This document shows, piece after piece, positions 62,740-64,000 of a stretch of DNA of 64,000 bases. The notes below the pieces were generated by a model. It was given only the letters and a program-made list of their open reading frames with translations. It was not told the DNA's origin and did no database searches. The position numbers were made by a program, and so were the translations under genes. The stretch covers positions 124,001 to 188,000 of the forward strand of contig JAXLNO010000113.1 in NCBI GenBank assembly GCA_038087875.1. Direction: 5' to 3'. This stretch comes from Malacoraja senta. Lineage: Eukaryota. Every line of letters begins with the position of its first letter. The stretch's first letter is position 1.

Positions 62740-64000
62740 TTGAGAGGAAGTGCCTTGGTGAGGTAAAGTGCGAGTCTTTGGCTCAAGAGTCTTCGGCAAG
62801 GAGGCTGAGGCAAGGAGGCTACACTTGCATCTGCACCTGTACTGACCACTACACTCATGGGAATTGTGTCCAGATGCAGCTCAAGGACCAATTTAGGGAA
62901 CTGAAGCAGCAGCTGGATGACCTGCGGTCCATCCGGGATGACGAAAGTTTCCTGGACAGGACCTCCAGTCAGTTCGTCACTCCACGAGTGCAGGAGGTCC
63001 GACGGGTAGAGACAGAAAGAAAGGGGATTTAGCGAGTGCAGGAGACCTCGGTGGAAGTACCTCTTGAAAACAGGTACACTCTCTTGGGAGCTGTCGGGTC
63101 AGACGGTGCTTCCAGTCCGAGCAGCGGACAGGTCTGTGACTTGAATTCTAGCGCTGAAACTCCACCGGCGAGAACTAGGTCAGGCAGAGCCAGTGGTGGG
63201 TGACTCCATTGTCCGAGGTGCGGACAAAAGATTCTGTGACGACAGGCGATACTTGAGAAAGGTGTGTTGCCTCCCTGGTGCCAGGGTCCAAGATGTCTCA
63301 GAATGACTTAAGAACATCCTCGAGAGGAAAGGTGAACAGCCGGAAGTAGTCGTGCATGTCGGCATAAATGATGTGGGTAAGAGGAAGGTTCTGCAACGTT
63401 AGTATAGAGAACTAGGTAGGAAGTTGAAAATCAGGACTTCTAGGGTGGTTATCTCTGGGTTGCTTCCAGCACCTCGTGCTAGTGAGGGTAGGAACAGGGA
63501 GATAGGGGATCTGAATGTGTGGCTGAGAAGTTGGTGCAGGGGGCAGGGATTTAGATTTCTAGATCACTGGAATCTCTTCTGGGGCAGGGATGACCTGTAC
63601 AAAAGGGATGGGTTGCACGTTAATTGGGAGGGGGCCGACATTCTGGCAGGCAGGTTTGCTAGTGCTACATTAGTGGGTTTAAACTAAAAAGTGAGGAGGG
63701 GGATGGAGTCAACAACATGGACGCGTATCCGTGCACCTAACAGGAAAGAGTGTAGGAAAGGTCACGTTTAAACTAATGGGGGCAGGGGGGTGGGACCCAA
63801 TGCAAGGAGACAGGTGGCCATAAAAGGAGGACAGAAGCAAAAGGTAAAAGGGGATAAGAAAAACTAACCTGAAAGCTTTGTGCCTTAATGCAAGGAGCAT
63901 TCAAAATGTGGATGAATTGAATGTGCAGTTAGTAGTTAAGGGATATGATATACTTGGAATTAGAGACATGGCTCCAAGGTTGGGAGCTAATCATGCAGTG
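62740..64000 (+). mobile_element. CR1 LINE 5' region: ORF1 (Cys motif plus SGNH esterase) and start of the ORF2 endonuclease, degenerate
   Basis: VGDSIVR, CCLPGARVQD, VVVHVGINDV and DGLHVN motifs, then LKALCLNARSIQN. Confidence 0.88.

Overview
Vertebrate genomic DNA. The repeat repertoire (CR1 LINEs with a shark-type 3' tail, V-SINE-like SINEs, Penelope-end fragments) suggests a cartilaginous fish, probably a skate or ray (inference). The window covers the 5' part of MBD5 on the minus strand. Four coding exons are recoverable with canonical splice sites and consistent phase: 22794-22685 (first coding exon, with a 571-nt leader rich in upstream ATGs), 5872-5770, 3503-3323 and 116-<1. The rest is intron or upstream sequence dense with mobile elements: CR1, L1 (one full-length with target-site duplication, TSD), Rex1, a Mag-like Gypsy, two Tc1 IR/DR copies, a Helitron, Harbinger-like MITEs, SINEs and Penelope-end fragments. 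The most notable observations are: (1) non-autonomous DNA transposons carrying host cargo, the clearest being a 3.3-kb hAT-type element (13-bp terminal inverted repeats, TIRs; perfect 8-bp TSD) containing what looks like genomic exon 1 of TDP2 with its splice donor; (2) a TIR element with a Spin/Ssty (Tudor)-like coding remnant inserted in a Tc1 transposase-binding repeat; (3) a 28-bp P-element-like excision footprint; (4) hammerhead-ribozyme-like cores in Penelope-end repeats; and (5) templated-insertion repair scars. All family assignments come from reading motifs by eye; no database search was run.
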